Of a stretch of 64,000 nt of DNA, positions 1 through 14,731 are shown piece by piece. Below the pieces are notes generated by a model. It did no database searches. It saw only the letters and a list, made by a program, of their open reading frames with translations, and was not told the origin of the DNA. Every line of letters begins with the position of its first letter. Position 1 is the stretch's first letter. The stretch is from contig NC_068984.1 in the NCBI RefSeq assembly GCF_001194135.2, positions 73,735,112-73,799,111 of the forward strand, in the 5' to 3' direction. The stretch comes from Octopus bimaculoides. Taxonomy: Eukaryota. A program made the position numbers and the translations under genes.

Positions 1-307
1 TACAAAGACCTGGAAATAGAGGTAACTTGAATGTGGAATCTAAAAACAGAAACAATTCCTATCATAGTAGGTGCCTTAGGTATAATAAAAAAATATTCGG
101 ACAAATACATAACAAAAACACCAGGACTTACAAATATATATAACATACAAAAAATTGCACTACTGGGCACTGTACACATCCTACGCAAAACACTTTCAAT
201 ACAGTAACCATAAGAACACCACAGCAAACCACAGCACATACCCAAGGCGCACAGAGCTGCGCTCGGTAATGAAGTGAAAGCACGTTATAAAAATAAAACT
301 ACTGAAC
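1..307 (+). mobile_element. 3' end of an R4/Dong-type non-LTR retrotransposon (restriction-like endonuclease C-terminus plus 3' UTR)
   Basis: Frame 1 reads YKDLEIEVT*MWNLKTETIPIIVGALGIIKK...IQKIALLGTVHILRKTLSIQ*, typical of an RLE C-terminus. It ends in (AAT)n at 308. Confidence 0.75.
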
Positions 308-318
308 AATAATAATAA

Positions 319-872
319 ATGTCCTGATGCAGTACCAGGCAGTGGCTCTTATGGCTTTTGATCTTAACTGATTGGAAGTGTTATCATGTAACATTGTTTT
401 GTCTTGGTATAAAAGATGGGCAACAGCAAATATTCTGCTCCATACCACAGATTTGTTTGTCAGTTGCTTGACCTTAACCAGTTGAGCATGTCCCTTAGTG
501 GTTGATGGTATGTGCATCTCTGATCACATGCAGAAATAGTGGGGAAGCATCATATCCTTGTGCTGAGAGGAATTCTTAGGGGTTTGAATAATTCACCTCT
601 GGAAACATGGGTGTTTCATTCAACATCCTTTAACAACCCTTATTCAGGGATCTTTTGAGTGGGATGGGCTACTCGACCTGAAGAAAATTCTGTGTCCCAC
701 CTGCAAGGTCATGTGCTGTTTATCTTGGTATGAAATCATCATGCCACATACATATGGTTGTGACTCATGGGCCTGAAGAACCCTTATCAGACGGGTAGTC
801 ATGATGGGTACATTGGGCTTGATATATGTGTACCCCAATATCACTTTGAGGGCATGCACTGCCCTCTCACTC
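319..872 (+). mobile_element. ~550-bp non-coding element in (TAA)n, copy 1
   Basis: Alignable end to end with 5028..5562 (-) and 63165..63714 (+); AAT repeats on both sides. Confidence 0.8.
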
Positions 873-909
873 AACAATAATAATAATAATAATAATAGTA
901 ATAATAATT

Positions 910-1105
910 TTGGTACAATGCTTGCAAGTTTCTGGAGATGGTACGAGTTGATCACATCAACCCCAGTACTTGACTGGTACTTATTTTATTAACCTCAGAT
1001 GGATAATGGGCAAAGTCAGCCCCAGCATGATTTTAACTAAGAACATAAAGGCAGAAGAAATACTGCAAAGTATTTTGTCTGACATGGTAATAATTCTACT
1101 AGCTT
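910..1105 (-). mobile_element. tRNA-derived SINE family A, decayed copy
   Basis: Matches the family motif ...ccccagtacttgactggtacttattttat...ggcaaagtc... Confidence 0.6.
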
Positions 1106-1320
1106 AATCCTTTAATCCTTTCTACTACCTTAATGCTTTAATCCTTTCATCCTCTCACGGTCGATAAAATAAGTACCATTTGAGCACTATGGAAATATAT
1201 AACTCTTTTCATGGTAGTCTTAGCTGTTGAATTGTCTTTCTAAGAATTCATTATTTTCTTCTTTCTTTTCCTTTTTGTCTTCTTCTTCTTAGCTTCTTTT
1301 GAATTGTTTTTATCTTTCAG

Positions 1321-1477
1321 ATTGGCCAGATAACTTATTTTGTACATGGTTCTGCTCTTACCCCTTTAGAAATGCCTCCCCAGACAGTATCTGCTGTATC
1401 AGGAGCCAGTTCTACTTTTTTGCTCAACTTTCATAACCCCCTTAATGAATTAGTATACGTGAGTGTCAAGTTATCAG
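1321..1477 (+). CDS. CFAP47: CFAP47 internal exon (IGQITYFVHGSALTPLEMPPQTVSAVSGASSTFLLNFHNPLNELVYVSVKLS)
   Basis: Long pyrimidine tract ending tctttcag at 1320; donor G|gtaaga at 1478; 157 nt, phase 0 to 1. Confidence 0.88.
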
Positions 1478-4400
1478 GTAAGACTCAGAGAAACAGAGAG
1501 AGAGAAATATTTGCTGCTCTCTCTTTCTCACTCTCTCTCTCCCCCTCTCTTTCTCACACACACATTTCAAAATAAGTTTTTCAGTGCAGTTCAGTTTTTA
1601 ATTCTCTTCCATGATCCTAGTGATAATATCGAGAAATGTATTTTTGTGGTCCCAGGTGAGCACTCGTGTAAGAGATATATGATCAAGGATGCTCCACCTG
1701 TGAGCAGCTTATCCATGAGTTAGACCTATTATTCCTAAAGACTCTATTTATAATGTAAACCAAGGTAAATGGATGAAGGGGGCCAATATATGTAGTATAT
1801 CTTATAACAACTTTATTACAAGATATGCTGGTATACAAGATATGCTGGTATACAAGACATGCTTTTTTATTCTCAAATGTAACAGAAATTGTCATGTGTC
1901 TTATGTGACCATACTATGGATGATATATTGAGTGTTTGAGTGTATGATGGAACATATTAATTTTGCCTTTTCTACAAAATATACTTGTAAAGTCGTGTCA
2001 TGTAATTGAACGTGTGCATCTTACACACCAGCAAACATGGAAACAATAAAGAAAGGAATTAATATAGGGTCTTTGCAAAGGCAGCAAGCTGACAGAATCA
2101 TTTGCACGCTGGGCAAAATGCTTAGTGGTATTTCATCTGCTGTTATGTTCTGCGTTCAAATTCCACTGAGGTCAACTTTGCCTTTCATCCATTCAGGGTT
2201 GATTATATAAGTACTAGTTATACACTGAAGTCAATGTAATCTGAATGCTAAAGGGTTAAAGTTCCTTTCATCGCTTGTATAACAGATATGATGAAGTCTA
2301 TACTTCAAGAGAAACTGGAGTTGTTCCACAAGTTTGGTTGGAAAATTAAAAATACTATAAGTTATTACTTAATATTGTTTATTCTAGACACTATAATTAA
2401 TCCTAGTTAGCCCTTTTGAACGCTCCCTACATTGAATATGTAAATCTTAACTAAAGATATCAAATAGCTTAACATTAACTATATTATTTCGTTATATAGG
2501 CATAGTCATGAAGAGATGTTGGCAGGTAATGAGGCAGGGATCTGTACTTTTCTTGAGGTCTTTTAGAGATTATCAACTTAACACCGTTAGCTAGTTTATG
2601 GTCCCCACATAATGCACCTATTACCACCAGCTTGATACCACTTAAGATTGAGAGCTTATTTTCTTAAGAAAAAAGACAAACTAATAATTGTTGCTGCTTT
2701 AGGCTCAAGGCCAACAATTTTGTGGTAAGTCAATTGCATCAACTTTAGTACTTTACCAGTATTTTATTTTATCAATGCAAGAGGGATGAAAGGCAGAGGT
2801 GACCATGGCAGGATTTGAACTCAAAATGGAAGAAATACTGCTAGGTATTTTGCCTAGTGCTTTAATGATTCTGCCAAGCCACTACTAGATGAAAATAATA
2901 ATAACAAAAGAGGAAATTTATAAAGCTGACAATTCTTGAATTTTCCATAAACATAAATATAAAAATATTAAAATAGAAAACAAACCCAATGAAAAACATG
3001 AAATAAAATTAAGGAAAAAAAGATGAAAAATGATAGCATTCCAATTGTGTTATCATTAGAATATGGATGTGAGGCCTTTGAAATCAAATTATATTCCTTT
3101 CCCAACTGGCATTGATAAAATCACTAGTTTTGAAGGAAGGTACCACCAAAATGGTACAGTTTATGTGTGGGTGTGCATGCATTTTAAGACTGATGTCTCT
3201 AACAGATATTAAAATATTAATGGAACTAATAGATATTACAAGCTGAATGAAGTTGAGAGTTAGATTAAAGATACAGAAAGATGGGGGTACAAACTTAGAA
3301 AAGAAAACGAGAACAGTCAGGACATATTTTTCTCTATCAGATTTAATCTTGTTGATAAATATGAAAGTCAGTTGACCAGATGTTGTGGCTGTCATTTTCT
3401 GTACTTAAACCTATAAATTTGATTTTGTTTCTTTTTATATGTTTCATTCTATTTTTGATATTTTTACACCTACAGAGAACTGGGCTAGTGGGTGTTAGAA
3501 TAGTTAGTATACTAGAGAAAACATTACTTTCACTATTTTGTAGACAAGAAAGTAAATTTCGACTACAGTATAGCTGTGAAAATAGCAGAAAGATTGGGTA
3601 TTTACCCTTATAAGATGGGGAAAAAAGTTGCCAGTAGGTGGCTACAGGAGCTACTTTTACCATGTTTAGTTACATCTCTCACATTAATGTTTTGAGTTCA
3701 AATCCAACCATGGTTCTCCTTATCTTTTATTCTTATAAGGAAATTGCTATTTTTGTTTAACCTTTGATTAGTCCTAATCGAGCAGATTTATCATCAACAT
3801 CATCATCATCGTTTAACGTCTGCTTTCCATGCTAGCATGGGTTGGACGATTTGACTGAGGACTGGTGAAACCAGATGGCTACACCAGGCTCCAATCTGAT
3901 TTGGCAGAGTTTCTACAGCTGGATGCCCTTCCTAATGCCAACCACTCCGAGAGTGTAGTGGGTGCTTTTACGTGCCACCGGTATGAAGGTCAGTCAGGTG
4001 GTACTGGCAATGGCCACGCTCAAAATGGTGTATTTTATGTGCCACCCGCACAAGAGCCAGTCTCAAAAGAATCCCATTTATAACCATTCTGTATTTTTTC
4101 CCAGACAATATATGTAAGATTACATTATCAAATGTATCTTTAGGGCAGCGAGCTGGCAGAATCATTAGCATACTGGACGAAATAAATGCTTAGTGGTATT
4201 TCATTTGTCGCTATGTTCTGAGTTCAAATTCCGCCAAGGTTGACTTTGCCTTTCATCCTTTCGGGGTTGATAAAATAAGTACTAGTTGAACACTGGGGTC
4301 GATGTAATTGACTTGTCCACACCTCCCCCAAGCTGCCGTTGTGACAAAAATTTGAAATAATTGTTAAATGTATCCTTTGCTTTTCTGTTAAGAGTATGTG

Positions 4401-4981
4401 ATTCTTTTTATTTATTTACTTATTTCAGTCATCAGACTGTAACCATGCTAGGGCACCACCTTGAAGAATTTTTAGTCGAACAAATTAATCCTAGTACTTT
4501 TTTTTTTTAAGCCTGGTACTTATTTTATTGGTTTCTTTTGCTGAGGGTAATTTAAGTAAGATTTGTTTGCTATTTGCAGTGATTGAGCCAATTGACATCA
4601 TGGTCTCTCTTGTTATGTCCTGATGTTCATTAAATAAATACCAGGAAAGCACAACACTGGATTTCATGTAATTGACTGGGCCCACCCTCTAAACTTTGGG
4701 ATTTGTACCAATATAAGAGGATTCAATATCAGTATCCTTTCATCCATTGTGCGTGCAATGAATTGACAGAACAATATTACAAACTTTGCCAGAATCATTA
4801 ATGCATCAGACAAAATCCAAAGCAGTATTTCTGTGTTCAAATTCTGCTAAGATTGACTTTGCTTTTCATCTTTGTAGGGTTGATAAAATAAATACCAGTC
4901 GAGTGGTGAGCACAGTTTAATCAACTATCCCATTTTCCCAAAATTTCCGCCTTGTGACTATAGATGCAAGAGTGATTATTA

Positions 4982-5027
<46 letters not shown>

Positions 5028-5559
5028 GAGTGAGAGAGCAGTGCATGCCATCAAAGTGACACTGGGGTAAAATATACAAAACCCAGTATACCCATCATGA
5101 CTGCCTGTATGATAAGGGTACACCAAGCACATGCATCACAATCATATGTGCACAACATTGTGACATGTCAAGATAAACAGCACATAACCATGTGGGTGGG
5201 GTCGAGTAGCCCATCCCATTCAAAATGTCCCTGAATAAGGGTTGTTTAAGGATATTGAACAAAACACCCATGTTTCCAGAGGTAAATTATCCAAACCCCT
5301 AAGAATTCCTCTCAACACATGGCTATGATGCTCCCCCACTACTTCTGCTCATGATCAAAGATGCACATATCGTCAGCCACAGAGGGACATGCTTAACTGG
5401 TTAAGGTCAAGCAACTGACAAGCAAATCTGTGGTATTGAGCAGAATATTTGCTGTAGCCCATCTTTTATACCCCGACAAAATAATGTATGTGATAACACT
5501 TCCAATCAGTTAAAATCAGAAGCCATGAGTGCCACTACCTAGTAAGTACTTCATCAAGG

Positions 5560-5599
<40 letters not shown>

Positions 5600-5609
5600 N
5601 NNNNNNNNN

Positions 5610-5652
<43 letters not shown>

Positions 5653-7141
5653 GGTGGTGCTGGTGGTGGCAGCAGTGGCTGTTATTGTTTTATTATATTG
5701 CTAATTTGCATCTGTGTTTTTGTATCACACTTTAATTGGAAGATGACAAATGTTCTCTGACAGCCCAATCCGTCTTCAACATTGATTTGATCAAAAAGAC
5801 CAGTATTTTGCTGGGGCCCTTTCAGACATTGGGCATCCCAATAATCTTCAGCCCGATTACCAGGACTACGTACCGTAGCGTGTGTGTTGTATCCATTAAC
5901 AGATCAAAAGAAGAGAAATGGCATTTTAAAAGGTAATCCTATGTTTCTTTTTGTTATTCTGAAAGTAAAATCCTAAATTAAAAATAAATTAGCACCAAGA
6001 TAATATTCTCTCTGAGGATGGTGATAGAATTTCCCATCGAAGATGATGTGTAAAAGTTGAGTTTTTGCTGAGTGACCAGCACATATGATTAGTTTATAGT
6101 GATGAAATGTATGCGTTGCACATTAGCTCTCTACCTCCATCAAATTGAAGCTTCCTCAACAGGTGCACAGTGTACTACACGTCAGGTGTTGAAGTGATCA
6201 TTGAGCAATGTGAGATGAAGTACTTTGCTCAAGGACACAGTGCACCTCCCAGTCCCAGAATTGAAATCGCGATTTCATGATCATAAGTGCAACACCTTAA
6301 CCATTGACCCATGTGCCCTTACAATATGTATGTGTGTGTGTGTGTGTGTGTGTATTTGAGATCTCAAACACAGCATATCACCAAAAGTCTCAGTCACTTG
6401 TCATCACCTCCATGAGGCCCAACATTCAAAAGGTGGTTTTTATGTACCACCGGCGTCGGCCATGACTACAATTTCACTTGGCTTGATGAGTTTTCTCAAG
6501 TATTGGCATTTTGCCAAAGGTCTTACTCACTTGACATCTCCTCTGTGAGGCCCAACATTCAAAGATCATGCCTTAACACCTTGTCCTATATCTTTCTGGG
6601 TATACCTCTTCCTTAGGTTCCCTCCATAGTTAAAGATCAGCTCTTATTCACACAGCTGTCCCCATCCATATGCATCAGATGACCAAACCAGCACAGTTGT
6701 CTCTCTTGCACACCACATCTAATGCCTCTTATGCCCAACTTTATTCTCAAGGCATTTACACTCTGTTGTACGTATACACACACACACACATACACACACA
6801 CACATACACACACACACATACACACACATATAAAAACAGCAAAGGTCAAAGATATTTCAGCCATGATCATCCCGTATTTTATTCACACAGCACATTTAGG
6901 ATTATATTATCCAATATTATATATTATATTATATTATATTATATAATATATTATATTATCCAATATATTATCTAATATATGTCCTTCTTTTGTAAGATGA
7001 CAGAGAGTGGCTTGAGAAGGATTTACCACCAATTTCATGCAGGCTGAGTGACTACACAGAGGTCCCCTCTTATCGAATTGTTTCCTGTTACCATTTCCAA
7101 GTTCATTAGAAGATGAACTCATATTGGCAACTACAAGTATA

Positions 7142-7176
<35 letters not shown>

Positions 7177-7833
7177 GTATGTATATATTATATGCATTGT
7201 AGTTTTACATTTGTAAAATTTAAGCTAATTAAGTTATTAATGCAGTCTTGTTTTTGACTTTGAAGTCTATCATTGAGTACGATAAACTGGACCTTCCCCA
7301 TTATTGGAATACCAGAGTACCAAGATATCGAACAGATGCCTATGAGCATTTTTGAATGCGATGTACGAAACTCAGCTTCTTACCAGTTGGTGATAAACTT
7401 GACCACAAATATGGATGACATTGATGATACAGTACTTAGTGCAAAGATTTTAAGTGGAATTATTGAAGAATTCCCTGAATTTGCATCCGATTATGAAGGT
7501 AGGTTGCAACTTTCATTCTGCTCTATAATCAGACTTGTATTGAATATGTATTTGGAGAATGGTATGAGTGGGAGGAATATGTCTAAGTGGATAATATTCT
7601 TTTATTCTTTTCCTTGTTTCAGTCAGTTTTGATTGCAGCCATGCTGGAGCACTGCCTTAAAGGTGTTTTTTTTTAATTGAAGAAATTGACCCCAAGACTT
7701 ATTCTTTGTAAGCCTAGTACTTATTCTATCAGTCTCTCTTGCCGAACTGGTAAGTTACAGGGATGTAAACACATGAACTTCAGTTGTCAAGCGATGGTGG
7801 AGGGACAAACACAGACTCCACACACACACATAC

Positions 7834-7881
<48 letters not shown>

Positions 7882-10800
7882 GATGGGCTTCTTTCAGTTT
7901 CCATCTACCAATTCCACTCACAAGGCTTTGGTTGGCCCAAGGCTGTAGTAGAACACACTTGCCCAAAGTGTCACACAGTGGGACTGAACCCAGAACCATG
8001 TGGCTGGGAAGCAAGCTTTTTACCATACAGCCATGCCTGTGCCTATCTTATGATATTTCATAATATCTTATATTATTATTATTATAGTTTTTGTATAAGG
8101 CTCCTACTTCCCTATATTCATGAATAAAGTCATAATCTTTCTGTGTCAGATTTTGGTGTATCCAGTCATTTAAAAAAAATTTTTGTCTTCCCAACTCTTC
8201 ATCATTCATTTAGTATGTGTTTTGAAATACTGTAAATCTAAGTTATTACTTGGCAAAGCCAGAATATTGATTTCTCCTACATTATTATATTTTTCTTTTG
8301 CATATACTTCTGGTTTATGTATGTGCATTGTAGTCAGTTTAGTTAATTGATTACCAAGTATTTGTAAGTCTGTGTTTAATCTAATTATTCTATCTCTATT
8401 TCTTTAATTAGCATGTCAGTCTTTCTAACCCTTTAGCCTTCAGATTACTCAGTCAAATGTAATGTTTATTTATTCACATTGATTTGTATTAGTCATACAT
8501 TATCTTGTAGCTTCAAGGTTTCAGTGATGTAATTTTTTTTTAGAATATCATTGTGGGGTAGGTGTGAAAGGCTAGATCTGGCCAGCCAGTCTGAATATAA
8601 AGCAGAATATTTGGGCCAGATATGGCTGGTATAAATGCTAAAGGGTTAAATAACTTTACTTTCTTCAAGATTGTAGTACCACATTTTTAAAAATCTAAAT
8701 CTTTTATCAGTTTCTTTAGTAAATCCTTGTACTGTGGGCAATATATATCCATTTGTTATCAGCTGCAGCATACAACTTGATGCTATCCATATACAAAAGA
8801 TAGTTTAGTTGCCCTTCCATATTTTTTGTCTTCAAGTTCAGTCTGGTTTAACATGTTGATTGCAGGTATTAGTGCTTAGCAAAGAAAGAAAGGAAGAGAC
8901 GAGTTCTCTTGGAAATTTCATCTGTTAATAGAGATAGGATTACTTTTATAATTCCCCTGTGGAACTATTTGCCATTTTCTCATTATATTTCTAATGTATA
9001 TGCTTTTTATAGTTGCTGCATTTGTGCTTTCAGGATCCATGAATCGGGAGCACTGCCAAAAGTCTTCTAGTAGTCTATCCATTCCATGCTTAGACCCTTC
9101 ATTCTCTAGTTGTCTTGCAGCCAAATGAGCCTTTGCAATATGTGCTCAATTCTAGGAAGAGATGTTTGCTTTCCATTTGTTTATTCTTTGCAATATTATT
9201 ACTTTTAAAATTTTATGAAACAGTTTATTTTTATCTATATTTTAGGGTTGCTATTTTTATAGACTTAAGATGGTTTTTCCTATCAGTGAGCTAACTATTG
9301 CCTCTAACTCTATTTAGTATTGTATTAAACATCATTGCTAGCACCTTATTAATTAATGTAAGCAGAAGTTTGTAGTTTCATCATCTCTTGGTGCTGTTCA
9401 GTTGTTATTTGAGTTTCTTTTCTTTTTTTTTCGTGTTGTTAGGCCATCCTACAATTGTTTAGGTGCTGTTTTCATGGTAATTCCTTCACTGCTTGTATTC
9501 TTTCCTAGACTTCTACTTCTTTTTATGTTGCTGTGTCATTAGTTTCTATTTTACTTTTACCTAGATATTAATTAAAAAAATTGTTTTTGATTGGAATCAA
9601 ACCATTTGTTTTGTTCAAAGAATCATTGTCACTTTTCATACCAATGGGTAGCACAAGACATTGATAAAAGCAAGACTTTTTAAAAGGACTATTAAATGTT
9701 GACTTTCATACAAAACAAAACTTTCAAATACAACAAAAGATTTATTATTAACATGAAATGGATAAACGTGACTTCAAAACTAAACAAAGCAAAATATAAA
9801 ACAGGAATAAGACAAAACTATAAAATGTGAAAAAGGGCATGACTATAAAAGATGTATCAACTCAACTCACTATTCATTTACCTTTACATTTTGTTTACTA
9901 TATTTTGTCTGTATATCTTTTTTTATTTTTAAATCACTTCTCTTTTTAGGTGAACTCCCAGACATATCGTTTCATTTGGAATTCCTGGACAATCAGGCTA
10001 GAGTAGCTTTAGTAAATATAGTCTCTCTCCAACTGCTGAAGACTTTCACAAAACACGACAACCCTGATCATGTTGTATTGATTTTCAGTGTGCATTTCTC
10101 TCCAATGAAGAATATCAAGTAAGTACATAATTCAGAAAGCATGTTACAGCTTATTCAGTAGGTAAGGTACTTGATTTGCCAACTGCAGGGTCACTATTTA
10201 AAATCTCATTATCGTTAAGTAATAATTCTCAATTGGACATCAATAGCCACCAGCTATACACAGGTGCTGGTATAATTCACCATTGTAATTAACAGAAACA
10301 TATACTATTTAATTGACAAGCATTGTTACATTAGTTGCCAATATGAGTTCATCTTCTCATGAACTTGGAAATGGTACCAGAAACAACTCGGCAAGAGGGG
10401 ACCTCTATGTAGTCACTCAGCCTGCATGAAATTGTTGGCAAATCCTCCTCAAGTCACTCTCTGTCATCTTACAAAAGGAGAAGGACATGTTGGATAGTAT
10501 AATCCTAAATGTGCTGTGTGAATAAAATATGGAAGGCTCATGGCTGAAACATGTTTGACCTTAGATCTACTTTATCATGACTAACTTGGAGGTTAAAAAT
10601 CAACAGCAACAGTAACACTTTACTTGATGTGGAATGACATGTATAATGTCTCAACAGCTAAATTCAGTTATAAAACGTGAGAATTTCTTAGTTGCTATTG
10701 TGTACTCATTAGCCGAAAAGTTCCATTAGCTGGGGTGGCATAACTAATTACCATAATTCAAGTCTCAAGTCCTCTAACTCAGCTGTGCACTTTTCCTATC

Positions 10801-13800
10801 CTAGATGGTTTATATTTATTGTGACACCAGCCCACTAGAGAGGTACTCTTTGATAAACAATTCCCACTCTTCTTTGCTCTGGTTCTGAAATTTAGTCAAG
10901 GCCAATATTGATGAAGCCAACCTATGCTCAGAGATTTTGCAGTCATAACCATACTATTTTTTAAGGTGTATATTGGACTACATTATCCAGTTTGTCTTTC
11001 CATTTTTAAGATGATTGGGTTTCATTTTTATGGAGATTTGGCTGCTGTTTCTAGCAGCATGAGCTACTGTGTAGAGAGTTTCATTCATATTTCTGTTATT
11101 TGAAGAATCACACATTATGAGAAAAACTGACTGTCAATGGAAGGAATTATAATTATCAGCTTTGAGCAAATAAGTAAACTCTACTGCATGTATTTAGTGC
11201 TCCTCTCATCTTACTATGTAGAAAATGGCCTTACTTGATATGCAGAAAAGGAATAGGTATGTATATTACATAATGTACCATTGTAAAGTATGGGTGCATA
11301 AGATGTGTAGTAGAATCAGAGGCAAGCTAATGGAAAAAGCAGACTGAGTATGTAGCAAGGTGGACAATGGCAGTTAGCACAAATTACACATGGATGAGAA
11401 GTGAATTTTTTTCAATTGCCCAAGAGGCTACTTGAAAGTGGTTGATAGTTTCTATTACTCTGGTAACCTGTTTAGCAGAAGAGAGTAAAGTTGCTATTAA
11501 TAAGAGTTGAGGGAGCTATTACCTCTGATGGCAAAGGTGATAAAAAAGTGTTTCTCTCCCAGAATGTAAAGAAGATTGTATGATGATACTTGTATACAAA
11601 CTTTGATGCTACATGATGGTGGAACATGAACCAGAATATAAAGAACTTGTGAAGACAAGAAAGAAATGAAGAAGCAAGAATGTTTTACTGAACATGCAAT
11701 TTCAGTATGAATGAACAACAAAGTACAAATGAGCTGAAAGTAAAACTGTATTTGACCCTTTAGCATTTGAACTGGCCATATCCAGCCCAAAATTTTCTAC
11801 CTGTTTTATGCTCAAATGAGCCAAATCTGTTCTCCCACCTATACCTAATTATGTCATTGAAAACATAACCAATTGCATCACTGAAATCTCAAAGCTATGA
11901 AATAAAGCATGATTAATTCAAACCTATGTGAATGAATATGTATTAAATTTGACAGAGTAATCTGAATGCTAAAGGGTTAAGAGACATCAGATGATGTATC
12001 CAAGAGAAAAATATTTGCTGATATGGGAATGTGATGCATATAGAAGATGACAGCTGCTTTTGTATAAACAATTCTATTGAGTTCATTGAAATAATTTTAA
12101 TGAAGGATTCAGAATATCAATAATTTGTTCTTGTAATCACTTCGGTTTTATGAGGCTCTTCTGTTACAATCTAAATATACACAACTTTAGGTGTGCAATA
12201 TCAAAATATGGTTTGGATATTGAGCCCTAAGCCATATGGTAACATGTGCATTAAAGCACATCATGAAGTATGTGCGTATGCATGGGTGTGTGTGTGCTGT
12301 TGAGACCCCCCCCCTTCAGTCATGACTGACCATAGGATTGCACCTAGAAAGTTACCCTCCCAAGCACAAGTCCGGGCAAGGTTGTTTATGGGAGACCAGC
12401 AGTCACCCATGCATACCGGCCTCCCCTCTCCACGCCACCAGTGTTATCCAAGGGAAAGGCAAAGCCTGATACAGCTTGGCACCTGTGATGTCGCAACTCA
12501 TTTCTACAGCTGAGTGAACTGGAGCAACGTGAAATAAAATGTCTTGCTCAAGAACACAACACACAGCCCGGTCCGGGATTCGAACACACAACTTCACGAT
12601 CGTAAGCTCGACACTCTAGCCATTGATGATAGATTAAAGGGGATATTTGTTATAACTTCCAATTGGTTCTTGGAAGTTGTCAACAAATATCAAAAAAGCA
12701 CTAGTTCATGCATGATGGTCAGCTATAATAATGGAGACAATCGTTTCTTGATTAAGTTATGAAGAAGCAGGTTTGGATGTTAGAAATTTAAATCAAGGAG
12801 TAGATGTACAGAATATACACATTTAATATTACTTTTTTTTTTTTTTTGCACTTTACAATGTTCTTAAAATTTCTATTTATTCTATACATTACAAATTGTA
12901 AATTGAAAACTATCCTATAATATAATTTCTGCTTTTTGTTTTTTTTTTAACACTGCTATTTTGAACAGAAATGTTACTCACCTTGCAATCACTAAGAAGA
13001 ATGGCTGTGTTTGGCGTTTCCCTCTCACTTTTATTGCTGATAACCCTGTCATTGATGACACAATAGTTATCAAATCTTTGAAACTGAAGGAGAAGTCTGT
13101 GGCTCGTTTTTATCTCCACAGCAATGAAAAGTAAGTAGCATTGTTTTCAGTTTGTATTTTTAGTTTTTAAACTTGTTTTTTGTTTGTTTGTCTTAGGCTT
13201 TATCTACCTGTCTCTTCTGTTTCATTTCAGTTTCTCTTCTCATCAAATCCCCTACAATTCACAGGGTAAGCTAATGAGGGAAGAGGGCGCTTACGTAGTT
13301 ACTCAAGTTGCTAAAAATTGCAACCAAATCTCACTTAAATTACATTGTATCTTATTAAAAACAAAAAAAAAATGAAGGACACTAGCTAATGTACTCCTTG
13401 ATACACTATGTCTGAACAAAAGAGAACAAGGCTGTAACTGAAATGCTTTTACCAGAGCTGATCTAGGGCTAGTGAACTAGTGTTTATCTTAAGTTTGGGC
13501 AGCATCATCTAGATGAGAAGAAAGAGAATGACATGGGTTTTCTTTGATGAGCTTTACTAGATGTTTTTCACACCACGTTGATTATATTTCCTGTGCGAAG
13601 TACAAATTAATTAAACATACATGAGTTTTACAATGTAGCCTCTGCTGATTATTTATTACCTCTGCCTTAGTGAAGGTGGAGGTATTGTTTTCAGTCATGT
13701 TTGTTTGTTTGTTTGTCTGTGGACAAGATATCTCAAGAACTGCTGGATGGATTCAAATGAAACTTTCAGGGATGTCTGGCCTCGTGACTGGCACAAACTG

Positions 13801-14668
13801 CTTAGATTTTGGGATCGATCTGATGCCAAACAAGGAATCGGGATTATTTTTCCTGTTTTTTTACTTAATTTTTGAGAGCGGTCAGGTTCCTTTTTAGTAT
13901 TCTAATTTATGAGAACAGTCAAATTTATTTCAGATATTCACATTTTATAAATCATCTCTGGGTAATCGTTGAGAGGATGTTGGTGTTGCCTTGGTGGAGG
14001 TTTGTGTTCTCTGAGTGCTCTTGTTTGTTTATTTTTTGTCCTGATTTTTATCCATTTTGGCAGATCCTGATGATTATTGTATTGATGCCACTAAAAGGCT
14101 ACACCAGTCAATCTGTTGCTTCATTTGATGCTGAGAGGCTATTTCCATAATCTTTCTCTTAGATTGTGCAAATGTAATTGTGAGGGAATTGGACTGCTGT
14201 TTTTAGTAGGTCCTGTAACCATAGAGAATCTATCTTTAGAAATTATGCTCACAATTAGATGCCCTTCTTAATGGTAACTATTCAATTGTAAACTAGGAAG
14301 TAGAATCTATTGTATGGTCTTCATGAAACAAAATGAAACAAATAGAGTTTATATTTTGGTATTAGGTACAACACAATGGCTATACTAAGATTTAAGATCT
14401 TGATCATTCGACCTTATAGTCCAGTATCCTTCAATTTACATAAAATATATTATAATTATTATGAACATCCATAACATATGTTATCTTATCATGCAAGCAT
14501 GGCTGTGAGGTAAGAAGCTTGCTTCCTAACCACATAGTTCCAGGTTCAGTCCAACTACATGGCACCTTGGGCCAGTGTTTTTTACTATAGCCATAGGCTG
14601 ATTAAAACCTTGTGAATAGGTTTGGTGGACAAAAACTGAAAGAAGCCCACCATATTTCTATATACATA

Positions 14669-14731
<63 letters not shown>

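Noticed and set aside
1459-1464. Strong-looking donor GTGAGT inside the first CFAP47 exon
   Set aside because: It would give phase 0 and break the frame with exon 5743. The donor at 1478 gives the continuous ORF.
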